Assembly (NCBI GenBank): GCA_013821025.1
Contig: JACDHN010000001.1
Span: forward strand, 1 to 30,413
Direction of reading: 5' to 3'
DNA: 30,413 nt
From: Acidimicrobiia bacterium
Lineage (GTDB): Bacteria > Actinomycetota > Acidimicrobiia > Acidimicrobiales > Ilumatobacteraceae
Numbering within the stretch: position 1 is the stretch's first letter; each line of letters opens with the position of its first letter. This document shows positions 9,307-22,583 of the stretch, one piece after another. A model generated the notes under the pieces. That model did no database searches and was not told the origin of the DNA. It saw nothing but the letters and a program-made list of their open reading frames with translations. The position numbers and the translations under genes were made by a program.

Positions 9307-9782
9307 TGAGATGTCGGGGCGTCGCTGAGCAGGCGGAGCGCGTGAGGCAGCACGTCGAGGATGGCACCGAGCTGTTCCACGCAGCCGTTGGGCGAACCGG
9401 GGGTGTTGCAGATGATCGCCTGGCCGCGGATACCGGCGATGCCGCGCGACAGGCGTCCGAGCGGGCTGACGAGATGCATCGCCTCGGCCAGCCCAGGTGC
9501 CTCCCGCTCCAACACGAGCCGGGTTCCCTCAGGGGTCTGGTCACGCGGGGCGAAGCCCGTTCCCCCCGTCGTGACGATGAGTCCGCAGAACTCGTCGGCG
9601 AGATCGGTGAGCGCGACGGCGACGGCGGTCGCGCCGTCCTCGGTGACCCGATGCTCGACAACGTCGAGACCGGCCTTAGACAGCTGCGCTACGAGCGCTG
9701 CGCCCGCCTTGTCCTCCCGGGTGCCGCCGGCGACGCCGTCGCTCACGGTCAACACCTTGGCCAACAGCGCGCTGTCGTTCAT
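9303..9782 (-). CDS. mog: MogA/MoaB-family molybdenum cofactor biosynthesis protein
   Basis: VLTVSD...REDKAG...LIVTTGGTGFAPRDQTPEGT...EREAPGLAEAM...LSRGIAGIRG..IICNTPGSP. Confidence 0.92.
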   Translation of the reverse strand: MNDSALLAKVLTVSDGVAGGTREDKAGAALVAQLSKAGLDVVEHRVTEDGATAVAVALTDLADEFCGLIVTTGGTGFAPRDQTPEGTRLVLEREAPGLAEAMHLVSPLGRLSRGIAGIRGQAIICNTPGSPNGCVEQLGAILDVLPHALRLLSDAPTSH

Positions 9783-10684
9783 CGCCCGACCGTATCGTCG
9801 TTGTCCGCCTCGGCCGCCTCGTCGCCGAAGCGCTCCCCGTCGGCCGGTCGAGCACCGTTGGCGAACGACTGCCAGCTCATACGAGGCGATCCGGCCTGCT
9901 GCACCTGCACGGGCCGCAGCGCTTGGCCGTCGCCGGCCGTGATCACGTCGCCGACCAGCTCGCCCGGCGCCGCTGCGCCAGGCGCCGCTGTCCGGTCAGC
10001 GGCATGCAACTTGAAGCGTTCGCCGCGGAACGTGGTGAAGGCGTTCCCCACACGCACCACGCGGTGCAGCTCGACCGCCGGCCGGCGCCAGTCGAGACGC
10101 CGCTCGTCGGGCGAGATCTTGTGCGCGTACGTGACGTCGCCGTGCTGGGGCTCAGGCTCGCCGAGACCGGCGGCCAGCCGATCGACGAGCAACCTCGTCC
10201 CGAGGTCCACCAGTTCCCTGCGCAGCTCATCGGCGGTCGTCTCCGAGCCGATCGGAACCTCGGCCATGGCGTACACGGCACCGGTGTCGAGCCCCTCCTC
10301 GACGTCCATCACGCAGACGCCGGTGACGTCGTCGCCAGCGAGAATCGCACGCTCCACGGGCGCTGCTCCGCGCCAACGGGGCAGCAGCGAGAAGTGCAGG
10401 TTCACCATCGGCAACGCGGCAAGCACGGCTCCAGGGATGATCCGCCCGTAGGCAACTACGACTCCGAGCTCGGAACCGGCGTCGACAAGATCGGCCATGT
10501 CGTGACTGACGCGAAGGCCGAGGTCGAGCGCCGCCTGCTTCACCGGGCTGGGACCGGTACGGCCACCGCGCCCCCGGCGGGCATCCGCTCGCGTCTCGAC
10601 GAGGGCGATGTCGTGGCCGGCCTCGTGCAACGCCAGCAACGGCGGCACCGACATCTCAGGCGTGCCGAGGTAGGCCAGCCGCAC
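9779..10684 (-). CDS. fmt: Methionyl-tRNA formyltransferase
   Basis: RLAYLGTPEMSVPPL...VVVAYGRII...NLHFSLLPRWRGAAPVERAI...EEGLDTG. Confidence 0.97.
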   Translation of the reverse strand: MRLAYLGTPEMSVPPLLALHEAGHDIALVETRADARRGRGGRTGPSPVKQAALDLGLRVSHDMADLVDAGSELGVVVAYGRIIPGAVLAALPMVNLHFSLLPRWRGAAPVERAILAGDDVTGVCVMDVEEGLDTGAVYAMAEVPIGSETTADELRRELVDLGTRLLVDRLAAGLGEPEPQHGDVTYAHKISPDERRLDWRRPAVELHRVVRVGNAFTTFRGERFKLHAADRTAAPGAAAPGELVGDVITAGDGQALRPVQVQQAGSPRMSWQSFANGARPADGERFGDEAAEADNDDTVGR

Positions 10685-10687
10685 GGA

Positions 10688-11218
10688 TCAGCGCAGGCGG
10701 AGGCGGCGACGTTCGGGCACCGGCGCGTCAGGAGCCTCGGAGATCGAGCGGAACTCAGCCAGCGCCGCCTTGCGCTGATCGGGCGTCATCCGGTCGAACA
10801 TCAGCACCCCGTCGAGGTGGTCGATCTCGTGCTGGAACAGCCGGGCCTCCAGCTCGTCGGCCTCGATCTCGATCGTCTCGCCGTCGAGCCCGACGCCACG
10901 CATCAGCACCTCTTTGGGACGCAGCATCTCGACGTACAGCCCGGGGATCGACAAGCACCCCTCGTCGTAGAGCCACTCCCCCGACGACTCGACGATCTCG
11001 GGGTTGAGCACCACGAGCGGTTGCTCGCCGAGGTCCCAGACGAAGATCTGTTTGCGTACGCCGATCTGGGGGGCGGCGAGGGCAATGCCGTTGCCCAACG
11101 AGTACAGCGTCTCGAACATGTCGTCGACCAACCGGACCACCTTGGCGTCGATGTCGTCGACGGGCGTTGCCGCCGACTTGAGCACCGGGTCCCCGAACGT
11201 CCGGATCTGGTACGACAT
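10688..11218 (-). CDS. def: Peptide deformylase, 176 aa
   Basis: MSYQIRTFGDPVLK; motifs GIALAAPQIG, EGCLS, QHEIDHLDG. ATG 11218 lies 7 nt after a TAGCCT box. Confidence 0.97.
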   Translation of the reverse strand: MSYQIRTFGDPVLKSAATPVDDIDAKVVRLVDDMFETLYSLGNGIALAAPQIGVRKQIFVWDLGEQPLVVLNPEIVESSGEWLYDEGCLSIPGLYVEMLRPKEVLMRGVGLDGETIEIEADELEARLFQHEIDHLDGVLMFDRMTPDQRKAALAEFRSISEAPDAPVPERRRLRLR

Positions 11219-11225
11219 GCGTGTC

Positions 11226-11231
11226 AGGCTA
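11226..11231 (-). promoter_or_regulatory. Putative -10 box (TAGCCT) for a leaderless def-fmt-mog transcript
   Basis: TANNNT 7 nt upstream of ATG 11218, within a 21-nt divergent gap. Confidence 0.55.
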
Positions 11232-11239
11232 TCCGTCCG

Positions 11240-11836
11240 ATGCCGCACTATTTCGACGAGCAGCCGGCGTCGAGCTCTGATCCACGCACCGTGGACGTCG
11301 ACCTCGGCGACGTCCGTTTCGCGCTGACCACCGATCGTGGCGTCTTCAGCCACGGCACGCTCGACACCGGCACCGCCGTGCTGCTGAGCGACGCCCCCTC
11401 ACCGCCGGGGCATGGGGAGCTCCTCGACATCGGCTGCGGCACAGGCGCCATCGCCCTGGCGCTGGCCCTGCGATCACCGTCCGCCCGCGTGTGGGCCGTC
11501 GACGTGAACGAGCGGGCCCGAGACCTGACGAGGGGCAACGCCGAGCGCAACGGCGTCTCGAACATCCGTGTCGTCTGCCCCGCCGACGTGCCCCTCGACA
11601 TGCGCTTCGACGCCCTCTGGTCCAACCCGCCGATCCGCATCGGCAAACCGGCGCTGCACGAGCTGCTCGCCGGCTGGCTGGCCCGGCTCACCACCGAAGG
11701 AACGGCCACGCTGGTCGTGCAGCGCAACCTCGGCGCCGACTCGTTACACCGCTGGCTGCAGGCGAATGGCTGGCCGACAGAACGGCTTGGGTCGTCGAAG
11801 GGCTTCCGCTTGTTACACGTCACACAGAACCACTGA
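11240..11836 (+). CDS. Class I SAM-dependent methyltransferase, MTS family (RsmC/YbxB-like), 198 aa
   Basis: MPHYFDEQP...LTTDRGVFSHGTLDTGTAVLL...LLDIGCGTGAIAL...WAVDVNERA...LWSNPPIRIGK...SSKGFRLL. Confidence 0.9.
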   Translation: MPHYFDEQPASSSDPRTVDVDLGDVRFALTTDRGVFSHGTLDTGTAVLLSDAPSPPGHGELLDIGCGTGAIALALALRSPSARVWAVDVNERARDLTRGNAERNGVSNIRVVCPADVPLDMRFDALWSNPPIRIGKPALHELLAGWLARLTTEGTATLVVQRNLGADSLHRWLQANGWPTERLGSSKGFRLLHVTQNH

Positions 11837-11861
11837 CCCCGATCCGCTCCGCCGCCATCTG

Positions 11862-13616
11862 TCAGGCCCGGGGTGGATCGACCTCGATACGCAGCCGGGA
11901 GCGCGCCGGGCGAGCGGTCGTGATGAGCACCGTCCCGAGTTGCTCCCAATCCGGCGCCCGGACGAGGAACTGCGCCGCCGCACCAGGCCGCGGACCCACT
12001 GTGACCAATTCACGCGGCAGGGCGGCGGCGAACTCCGCAGCGCCCACTCCGCTCACAGATGCCAGGGCCGCATACGGCGGCAACCTCAGCTCCTCGCGGC
12101 GTGACGACTCGACGCGCGCCATGCGCCCAGGATCAGCCAGCAGCACGGCCCGCAGCACCTCGTGGCGGGGCAGGTACGTCTGCACCAGCACGCGGCCCCC
12201 GCCCGCCCGCGGCCCGACGAGGCGAGCCGCCCGGACCAGCAGCGCCATCGCCTGTTCGCTGGCGCGGTAGCGCGGGGCCAACAACTCCGCGTCGATGTCG
12301 AGAAACGCCACGACGTCCGCCCGGTCCACCCGGTGCAGCACCGCCTCGGTCCCCACGTACACGCCGGCGGCCGGCGGAGGGTCGTCATCGTCACCCGTGA
12401 CGACCACCGCCTGGCGGCTCGCGGCGGCGGCGATCTCCTCTCGCAGCCGGGCAACACCGGGTCGCAAGTTGGCGAAGCCCGTCCCGCCGCACTGCTGACA
12501 CACAGCTGGCCGATCGAGGCCGCAGCGGCCGCACGAGAAGCGCCGATCGTCGCCGACGTGCACAGCGGCTCCACAGCGCTCACAGCGGGCGAGCGCCCGG
12601 CAGGTGCGGCAAGCCACGATTCGCGCCCGTCCCTTGGCGTTGTGCACACACACCACCGTGCGCTCCTGATCGCGCAGCGCTGCGATCAGTGGTGACGTCA
12701 ACATCGACGTCTTCCACGGCTCGTCGCGGGTGCGGTCCACCAAGTCGACGAGCGGCCACGCTGCTCTCGAGTCCGCCACCGACGGCCGCCGCACCGAGCC
12801 CGTAGCCCAATCCAACGCCGTGACGGTCGGTGACGGTGACACGAGCACCACCAACGCCCCGGCTTGGCGGGCACGCTCGACGGCGACGTCGCGAGCGTGC
12901 CACGTGGGGCTGCGCTCCTCCTGCAGGGCCTCGGCGTGCTCGTCGGCGACGATCACCACGGCCAGCTCAGGGCACGGAGACCACACTGCCGTCCGCGTCC
13001 CGACCACCACCTGGACGCCACCGTTCGCTGCGGCCCATTCGTCGGGCACCAGCGAAACGTGGACGTTGCAGCGCCGCAGCCGAGCGGCCAGCAACCGACT
13101 CTGGTCAACACCTGGCACCACGACGATCGTCGGGCCGTGCATCATGGCCGCAGCGACGATCGGCACCAGGTCGGCACCCGGCCCGACCACCAGCACTCCG
13201 CCGCCGCCCGCCATGAGCTCCGCCGCACCTGGATCTCGCGGCTCGGGTGCCGGTTCGGCGGGACGCCGGGATGGGACGGTCGTGACTGCCCGCAGCGGCG
13301 AGGCCGCCACGAGGAACGGCCGCAGACCCCTGGCCGCCCATCGCCGCCGCGCCCATCTGGCCAGCGCAACGACATCGCTTTGCGGGCCGCGTCCTGTGAT
13401 CTTGGCGATCGGTCGCAGGCGGTCGATCGCAACGTGACCGTCGTGCTCAGCGATGTCGAGCACCCAGCCTCCCACTCGGCGTCCGTGCAACGACACGCGC
13501 ACGATGTCGCCGAGCTGTAGCAGCGGACCCATCTCGTCAGGGACGAGGTAGTCGAACTCCTTGTCGATGCCCGTGACGTCGGGCAGCACCTTGGCGACGA
13601 GCGGCGCCGCTGTCAC
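11862..13616 (-). CDS. priA: Primosomal protein N' (PriA) with degenerate helicase motifs
   Basis: N-terminal 3'-binding domain (DKEFDYLVP...[17 protein letters not shown]) and Cys-rich region CRTC..CERC..CGRC..CQQC. Follows metK with a GTGA overlap. Confidence 0.92.
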   Translation of the reverse strand: MTAAPLVAKVLPDVTGIDKEFDYLVPDEMGPLLQLGDIVRVSLHGRRVGGWVLDIAEHDGHVAIDRLRPIAKITGRGPQSDVVALARWARRRWAARGLRPFLVAASPLRAVTTVPSRRPAEPAPEPRDPGAAELMAGGGGVLVVGPGADLVPIVAAAMMHGPTIVVVPGVDQSRLLAARLRRCNVHVSLVPDEWAAANGGVQVVVGTRTAVWSPCPELAVVIVADEHAEALQEERSPTWHARDVAVERARQAGALVVLVSPSPTVTALDWATGSVRRPSVADSRAAWPLVDLVDRTRDEPWKTSMLTSPLIAALRDQERTVVCVHNAKGRARIVACRTCRALARCERCGAAVHVGDDRRFSCGRCGLDRPAVCQQCGGTGFANLRPGVARLREEIAAAASRQAVVVTGDDDDPPPAAGVYVGTEAVLHRVDRADVVAFLDIDAELLAPRYRASEQAMALLVRAARLVGPRAGGGRVLVQTYLPRHEVLRAVLLADPGRMARVESSRREELRLPPYAALASVSGVGAAEFAAALPRELVTVGPRPGAAAQFLVRAPDWEQLGTVLITTARPARSRLRIEVDPPRA

Positions 13617-14806
13617 ACGCCGATCGCGGAGGACAGCTCCTCGAGCCGGCTCGTGTGCTCCCAGGTGAAGTCGGCTCCCCTGCGGCCGAAGTGGCCGTAC
13701 GCAGCGGTGCGCCGGTAGATCGGTCGCAGCAGGTCGAGGTCGCGCACGATCGCTCCTGGACGCAGGTCGAACACCTCGGTGACGCCCTTGACGATGATCT
13801 CGGGATCGACGCTATGGGTGCCGAACGTCTCCACGAGGATGCTGATGGGCTGGGCCATGCCGATGGCGTAGGCGACCTGTACCTCGCAACGCTCTGCGGC
13901 TCCGGAGGCCACGACGTGCTTGGCGACCCAGCGAGCGGCGTAGGCGCCGGAGCGGTCGACCTTGCTCGGGTCCTTTCCACTGAAGGCGCCGCCGCCGTGG
14001 CGGCCCATGCCACCGTACGTGTCGACGATGATCTTGCGCCCGGTGAGGCCGGCGTCGGCGTGAGGTCCGCCGAGCACGAAGTTGCCCGTCGGGTTGACGT
14101 ACACCTTGAAGTCGTCGTCGGCGAACTGGTCGGGGATCGTCGGGTTGATGACCTGTTCGATCAGGTCGGGCCTGATCACAGAATCGCGGTCGACGCCGTC
14201 TTGGTGCTGGGTCGAGATCAGCACGGCTCGCAGCGCCACCGGCTTGCCGTCCTCGTAGTCGAACGTCACCTGCGTCTTTCCGTCTGGGCGCAGGTACGGC
14301 AGCTGACCGGACTTGCGCACCTCGGCCAGCCGTTCGGCGAGACGGTGGGCGGTCCAGATCGGCAGCGGCAGCAGGTCCTCGGTCTCGTTGCAGGCGTAGC
14401 CGAACATCATCCCCTGGTCGCCGGCACCCTGTGCGTTGAGCTGGTCCTCCCCGGCTTTGCCGCCGCGCAACTCCTCGCTGGTATCGACGCCTCTTGCGAT
14501 GTCAGGGCTCTGCTCGTCGATCGACACGATGACGCCGCACGTCTTGCCGTCGAACCCGAACAACGGGTTGTCGTAGCCGATGTCGTTGATCGTCTCGCGT
14601 GCCAGCTTCGGGATGTCGACGTAGGCCGTCGTGGACACCTCACCGGCGATCACGCAAAGACCCGTCGTCAGCAGCGTCTCGCAGGCAACCCGGCCGTGCG
14701 GATCCTCGGCCAGGATGGCGTCGAGCACCGAGTCGCTGATCTGATCGGCCATCTTGTCCGGGTGACCTTCGGTCACGCTCTCGGAGGTGAAAGTCCAGCG
14801 GGGCAC
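13613..14806 (-). CDS. metK: S-adenosylmethionine synthetase
   Basis: [69 protein letters not shown]. Confidence 0.99.
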   Translation of the reverse strand: MPRWTFTSESVTEGHPDKMADQISDSVLDAILAEDPHGRVACETLLTTGLCVIAGEVSTTAYVDIPKLARETINDIGYDNPLFGFDGKTCGVIVSIDEQSPDIARGVDTSEELRGGKAGEDQLNAQGAGDQGMMFGYACNETEDLLPLPIWTAHRLAERLAEVRKSGQLPYLRPDGKTQVTFDYEDGKPVALRAVLISTQHQDGVDRDSVIRPDLIEQVINPTIPDQFADDDFKVYVNPTGNFVLGGPHADAGLTGRKIIVDTYGGMGRHGGGAFSGKDPSKVDRSGAYAARWVAKHVVASGAAERCEVQVAYAIGMAQPISILVETFGTHSVDPEIIVKGVTEVFDLRPGAIVRDLDLLRPIYRRTAAYGHFGRRGADFTWEHTSRLEELSSAIGV

Positions 14807-14854
14807 AGGTTTCTCCAGGGTCGATGTCTGATGGGTGGTGGTCGGTGGCGGCGG

Positions 14855-16084
14855 TCAGCCCGGCGCGTCCTGGCGTGCCGCAACGACGGCATCGAGGACA
14901 TGCGCGGCGATCACCCGCTTTTCGGCTCGCGCCACGCTACTCGCCGGATGGTCCTTTCGGATGATGGTCACGGCGTTGGTGTCGTGGCCGAACCCGACGA
15001 GTGGAGCACTGACATCGTTGGCCACGATGACGTCGAGGCCCTTGTGGCGCAACTTGGCGGTGGCGTTGACCACGACGTCCTCGGTCTCGGCGGCAAACCC
15101 GACGATGGTCTGCCCGGGACGTCTCGCTGCCGCCACGCCGGCCAGGATGTCGACCGTCGGCTCCAGCACGATCTCGGGCACGCCATCGCGCTTCTTCAGC
15201 TTGTCGGACGCTGCCACCTTTGGCCGGAAGTCGGCGACCGCCGCCGCCATCACGACCACGTCCACGCTCGAGGCTGCCTTGAACACGGCGTCTGCCATCT
15301 GCTCGGCCGTCTCGACCCGCTCCACTGCCACGCCGGAGGGCACGTCGGGCTCGACCGTGGTGATCAACGTCACTGCGGCGCCGCGAGCATGGGCCTCAGC
15401 GGCGATGGCATGGCCCTGCTTGCCCGAGCTGCGGTTGGCCAGCACCCGCACAGGATCGATCGGTTCGCGGGTGCCACCTGCCGTGACCAGCACCGACAAG
15501 CCGTCGAGACGCTTCACCGATGGCGCCGGGCTGTCAGAGCGGCAGGTCGTCACGTCGATCACCCTGGCCACGATGTCGGCAGGTTCAGCCATTCGCCCGA
15601 CCCCCGAGTCACCACCGGCCAGACGTCCGCTGCCAGGGCCTACCAACTCCACGCCCCGCGACATCAGCGTGGCGATGTTGTGCACGACCGCAGGATGTTC
15701 CCACATCTCGGTGTGCATGGCCGGCGCCAGCACGACGGGTGCCGTCGTGGCGATCAACGTGTTCGTGAGCAGATCGGTTGCCAGCCCGTTGGCGTAGGCA
15801 CCGATCAGCCTCGCAGTCGCAGGGGCCACGACGATCACGTCGGCCCGCCGGCCGAGACGGGTGTGGGGGATCGGGTCGGGCCCTTCCCACATGCTGGTCA
15901 TGACCGGTTCACTGGCAAGGGCGCTCAGCGTCGTGGCGCCGATGAAGCGCCCGGCCGAAGCAGTCATCACCGGCACCACGTAGGCACCGGCATCGATCAG
16001 GCGCCGCAGCACGTCGACCGCCTTGTAGGCGGCAATGCCGCCCGACACGCCGAGGACGATCGTGCGTCCGGCGAGCGCGCTCAT
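14855..16084 (-). CDS. coaBC: Bifunctional phosphopantothenoylcysteine decarboxylase / phosphopantothenate--cysteine ligase
   Basis: VLGVSGGIAAYKA, PAMHTEMW, GRLAGGDSGVGRM, VTAGGTREPIDPVRVLANRSSGKQG, MAAAVADFRP, VGFAAET. Confidence 0.98.
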   Translation of the reverse strand: MSALAGRTIVLGVSGGIAAYKAVDVLRRLIDAGAYVVPVMTASAGRFIGATTLSALASEPVMTSMWEGPDPIPHTRLGRRADVIVVAPATARLIGAYANGLATDLLTNTLIATTAPVVLAPAMHTEMWEHPAVVHNIATLMSRGVELVGPGSGRLAGGDSGVGRMAEPADIVARVIDVTTCRSDSPAPSVKRLDGLSVLVTAGGTREPIDPVRVLANRSSGKQGHAIAAEAHARGAAVTLITTVEPDVPSGVAVERVETAEQMADAVFKAASSVDVVVMAAAVADFRPKVAASDKLKKRDGVPEIVLEPTVDILAGVAAARRPGQTIVGFAAETEDVVVNATAKLRHKGLDVIVANDVSAPLVGFGHDTNAVTIIRKDHPASSVARAEKRVIAAHVLDAVVAARQDAPG

Positions 16085-16102
16085 CGAAAGGCCTTGCAGG
16101 GC

Positions 16103-16417
16103 CTAGTTGGTGTCGGCCGCTGCCGCGGTGTCCTCGGCCGGGGCATCTTCGGCGTCACCGTCGACCGGTTCTGGCAGCTCGGCCCAGGCGATCTTGTCGG
16201 CGGCGATCTCTTCGAAGGCGATGCTCAGCGGCTTTCGTGACACCGACGACACCTGCGGAGGCACCATGTGGCCGAGACCCTCTCCGAGCTGGTTGAAGTA
16301 GGCGTTGATGTGGCGGGCCCTGCGGGCACCGAGCGTCACCAGGCCGAACTTCGATTCCACTCGACCGAGCAGCTCCTCGATGCCGGGGTTCACCATCGTG
16401 TCGTGCGAGCGCTCCAT
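16103..16417 (-). CDS. rpoZ: RNA polymerase omega subunit
   Basis: NPGIEELLGRVESKFGLVTLGARRARHINAYFNQLGEG...KPLSIAFEEI (actinobacterial omega). Confidence 0.96.
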   Translation of the reverse strand: MERSHDTMVNPGIEELLGRVESKFGLVTLGARRARHINAYFNQLGEGLGHMVPPQVSSVSRKPLSIAFEEIAADKIAWAELPEPVDGDAEDAPAEDTAAAADTN

Positions 16418-16423
16418 GTGCGC

Positions 16424-16429
16424 AGTCTA
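16424..16429 (-). promoter_or_regulatory. Putative -10 box (TAGACT) for a leaderless rpoZ transcript, overlapping the gmk stop
   Basis: TAGACT 6 nt upstream of ATG 16417. Confidence 0.55.
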
Positions 16430-16999
16430 CCGGGAGCGGGACGATTCGATGATGGCCAGCAGCTCGTCCACGGTGGTGTACAGGTCATCGTTCACGACCA
16501 CGTGGTCTGCGACCGCCAACCCAGCCGGCTCTTCGTTCTCGGCCTTGCGAAGGCGGGCCTGAACCCGGTCGTCGGGGTCGCCCCGACCGCGCAAGCGGCG
16601 TTCCTGCTCGGCGCGAGATGGTGGCAGTACGAAGATCATCACCGCGTCGGGATGTCGCTTCTTGACCTGGCAGGCGCCGTCGAGCTCGATCTCGAGCACG
16701 ACGTCACGATCGCCGACCGCATCGGGTTCTGGCACCGGGGTGCCGTAGTAGTTGCCGAGGAACTCCGTCCACTCGACGAATCCGCCTCGTTCGATGTGAC
16801 GTTCGAACTCGGCGGCGTCGGTGAACCGGTAGTCGTCGTCGGTCTCACCGGGCCGCTGGCGACGCGTCGTCCACGAGCGGCTGAGCCAGAGCCCCCGATC
16901 GCGTCGTACGAGCGCATCGACGATGGTGCCCTTTCCGACCCCACCGGGTCCGGACACCACGATGATCAGCGGAGCACCCGGCGAAGCGGGCTCAGCCAC
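16427..16999 (-). CDS. gmk: Guanylate kinase
   Basis: VVSGPGGVGKGT, SRSWTTRRQRPGE, FVEWTEFLGNYYGTP, VLEIELDGACQVK, IFVLPPS. Confidence 0.97.
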   Translation of the reverse strand: MAEPASPGAPLIIVVSGPGGVGKGTIVDALVRRDRGLWLSRSWTTRRQRPGETDDDYRFTDAAEFERHIERGGFVEWTEFLGNYYGTPVPEPDAVGDRDVVLEIELDGACQVKKRHPDAVMIFVLPPSRAEQERRLRGRGDPDDRVQARLRKAENEEPAGLAVADHVVVNDDLYTTVDELLAIIESSRSR

Positions 17000-17303
17000 C
17001 GAGGGCGTTGAGGAGCGCTTGGCGCTGCTTGGCCCCGAGACCCTGCACCCGACGGTTGTCGGCGATCTCCAGCTCCTCCATCAGCTTGCGGGCCTTCACC
17101 TTGCCGACCCCTGGCAGGGATTCCAGCATGGAGACGACCTTCAGCTTGGCCATGTTCTGGTCCTCGGAGTCAAGCGCGTCTCTGAGGGTGATGGAGCCCA
17201 TCTTCAGGCGCTGTTTGATCTCGGCGCGTGCGGCACGGGCCTCGGCGGCCTTGGCGAGGGCTGCCGCCCGCTGCTCGGGTGTCAACTGCGGAGGTGTTGC
17301 CAT
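16992..17303 (-). CDS. mihF: Actinobacterial integration host factor (mIHF/sIHF), 103 aa
   Basis: MATPPQLTPEQRAAALAKAAEARAARAEIKQRLK...KVVSMLESLPGVGKVKARKLMEELEIADNRRVQGLG. Confidence 0.96.
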   Translation of the reverse strand: MATPPQLTPEQRAAALAKAAEARAARAEIKQRLKMGSITLRDALDSEDQNMAKLKVVSMLESLPGVGKVKARKLMEELEIADNRRVQGLGAKQRQALLNALGG

Positions 17304-17308
17304 GCCTG

Positions 17309-18171
17309 TCACGGTAGCGCGCTGCTTCGCTGCAGGTCGCGCCACTCGTCGAGCACTCGACGGGGAGCAGCCGGGTCGGCGAACGTGGCCGTGCCCACCT
17401 GCACGGCGCACGCCCCGGCCAGCAAGAACTCGGCGACGTCCCAGCCGCTGCGTACACCACCCACGCCGACGATCGGAAGATCGGGGTGTGCCTGGTGGAC
17501 GTCGTGCACGGCACGTACGGCGATCGGATGGATCGCAGGGCCCGACAGGCCCCCGCCTCCTGCGGCCAGCGCCGGTCGTCGCGTCTCGCGGTCGAAGGCC
17601 ATCCCCAGCAGGGTGTTGATGCAGGTCACGGCGTCCGCACCGGCGTCGCCAACAGCCGCCGCCACGTCGACGATGCGGTCGGTGTTGGCGCTCAGCTTGG
17701 CCCATCGCGGTCGTCCGCAGGCAGCCGTGGCCTCGATCACCTCGGCCGCCAGGTGCGGATCATGGGCGAACATCGACGAGCGGCCCTCGAGGTTCGGGCA
17801 CGACAGGTTGACCTCGACGGCCACGACGGCGGATGGTGCCGCCGCCAGGAGCTCGGCCGCCCGCCGGTAGTCGGCGAGGCTCCGACCCCAGATGCTGGCC
17901 ACGATGGTCGCCCCAGATCGCTCCAGTTCCGGAACCACGTGCTCGAGCCAGTACGGGATCCCGGGACCCTGCAGCCCGACGGCGTTGAGCATCCCCGACG
18001 TGGTCGGATGCAGGCGGGGAGCCGGGTGACCTGCCCATTCGTAGGCTGCCAGCGATTTCACGACGAGGGCGCCGAGCGACGACAGGTCGAAGTAGCGGCC
18101 CAGCTCGGTGCCGTAGCCGGCCGTGCCCGACGCCGTCATCACCGGGTTCTTCAGCGTGACGGAGCCGACGT

Positions 18172-18175
<4 letters not shown>
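17309..18175 (-). CDS. pyrD: Dihydroorotate dehydrogenase, family 1 (1B-like catalytic subunit), 288 aa
   Basis: [34 protein letters not shown] (catalytic Cys), [28 protein letters not shown] overlap with the carB stop. Confidence 0.95.
17311..17316 (-). promoter_or_regulatory. Putative -10 box (TACCGT) for a leaderless mIHF transcript, in the last pyrD codons
   Basis: TANNNT 7 nt upstream of ATG 17303. Confidence 0.55.
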
Positions 18176-21482
<3,307 letters not shown>

Positions 21483-21483
<1 letters not shown>

Positions 21484-22583
21484 CAGCCGGTGCCCCGTTC
21501 CGCCTGAGGAATCATTGCTGTCGCGAACAGGGCGAACAAGTACTCGCTGTCGTGCGGTCCGGGTCCAGCCTCCGGATGATGCTGTACCGAGAACGCCCTG
21601 ACATCGTCGACTGCCAAGCCCTCGCACACGCCATCGTTGAGGTTGACGTGGGTGAGCTCCACGCCGGTGGGCAGCGTGTCGGCATCGACGGCGAAGTTGT
21701 GGTTCTGGCTGGTGATGTCGATGCGCCCGCTGCGACGGTCCTGCACGGGGTGATTGCCGCCGTGGTGGCCGAATGGCAGTTTCACCGTTTTGGCGCCGAG
21801 CGCCCGCCCGAGCAGCTGGTGGCCAAGGCAGATGCCGAAGATCGGCACCTCACCCAGCAGTGCTTCGATCGCCTCGACAGCGTACGGCACGCTGGCTGGG
21901 TCGCCAGGTCCGTTGGACAGGAACACGCCGTCGGGCCGACGCGCCAGCACGTCGGCCGCCGCGGTGTTTGCCGGGACCACCTCGACCGAGCCGAACCCGG
22001 CGAGACGTCGCAGGGTCGTGCGCTTGATGCCGAAGTCGTACGCCACGACGCGAAACTCACCCTCCGCTCCCACCGTGTAGGGCTCGCCCGTGGTGACCTG
22101 GGCGACGAGGTCGATGCCGTCCGTGCCCGGCTCGGCTCGGGCGGCCGCCAGCAGCGTGGCCTCGTCAGCGGTGCCGAACGACCCGGGTAGGGCGCCGGTT
22201 TCGCGGATGAGGCGGGTCAGGCGCCGGGTGTCGATGCCGGTGATGCCCGGGATCCCGTACGCACGCAGCAGGTCCTCGAGCCCGGCCGTGGCCCTGCGGT
22301 TGCTCGGCCGCCGTGACACATCCCGCACGACGATGCCGCGGCAGAACGGGCGCCGGGCCTCGAAGTCGGTTTGGTTGACGCCGTAGTTGCCGATGTGGGG
22401 GTTCGTGAACGTGATGATCTGCCCGGCGTACGACGGGTCCGTGATCACCTCCTGGTAGCCGGTGAGCACGGTGTTGAACACCACCTCGCCGCTTGCCACG
22501 TCACCGTCTGGTTCGGCGCCGATGGCTTCGCCCTCGAAGACGCTGCCGTCGGCCAGCACCAGTGCCGCGTCACTTCGCCTCAT
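21483..22583 (-). CDS. carA: Carbamoyl-phosphate synthase small subunit, 366 aa
   Basis: [54 protein letters not shown]. Confidence 0.99.

Noticed and set aside
9923-11239. 637-aa ORF 9923..11836 as a large fusion methyltransferase
   Set aside because: The first 439 codons are antisense to fmt and def; the recognisable protein starts at ATG 11240.
14807-14854. SAM riboswitch upstream of metK
   Set aside because: The 48-nt spacer is too short and lacks SAM-I/IV core motifs; metK appears co-transcribed with coaBC.
13655-16240. 861-aa plus-strand ORF
   Set aside because: Antisense to metK and coaBC; a product of codon bias with no recognisable domain.
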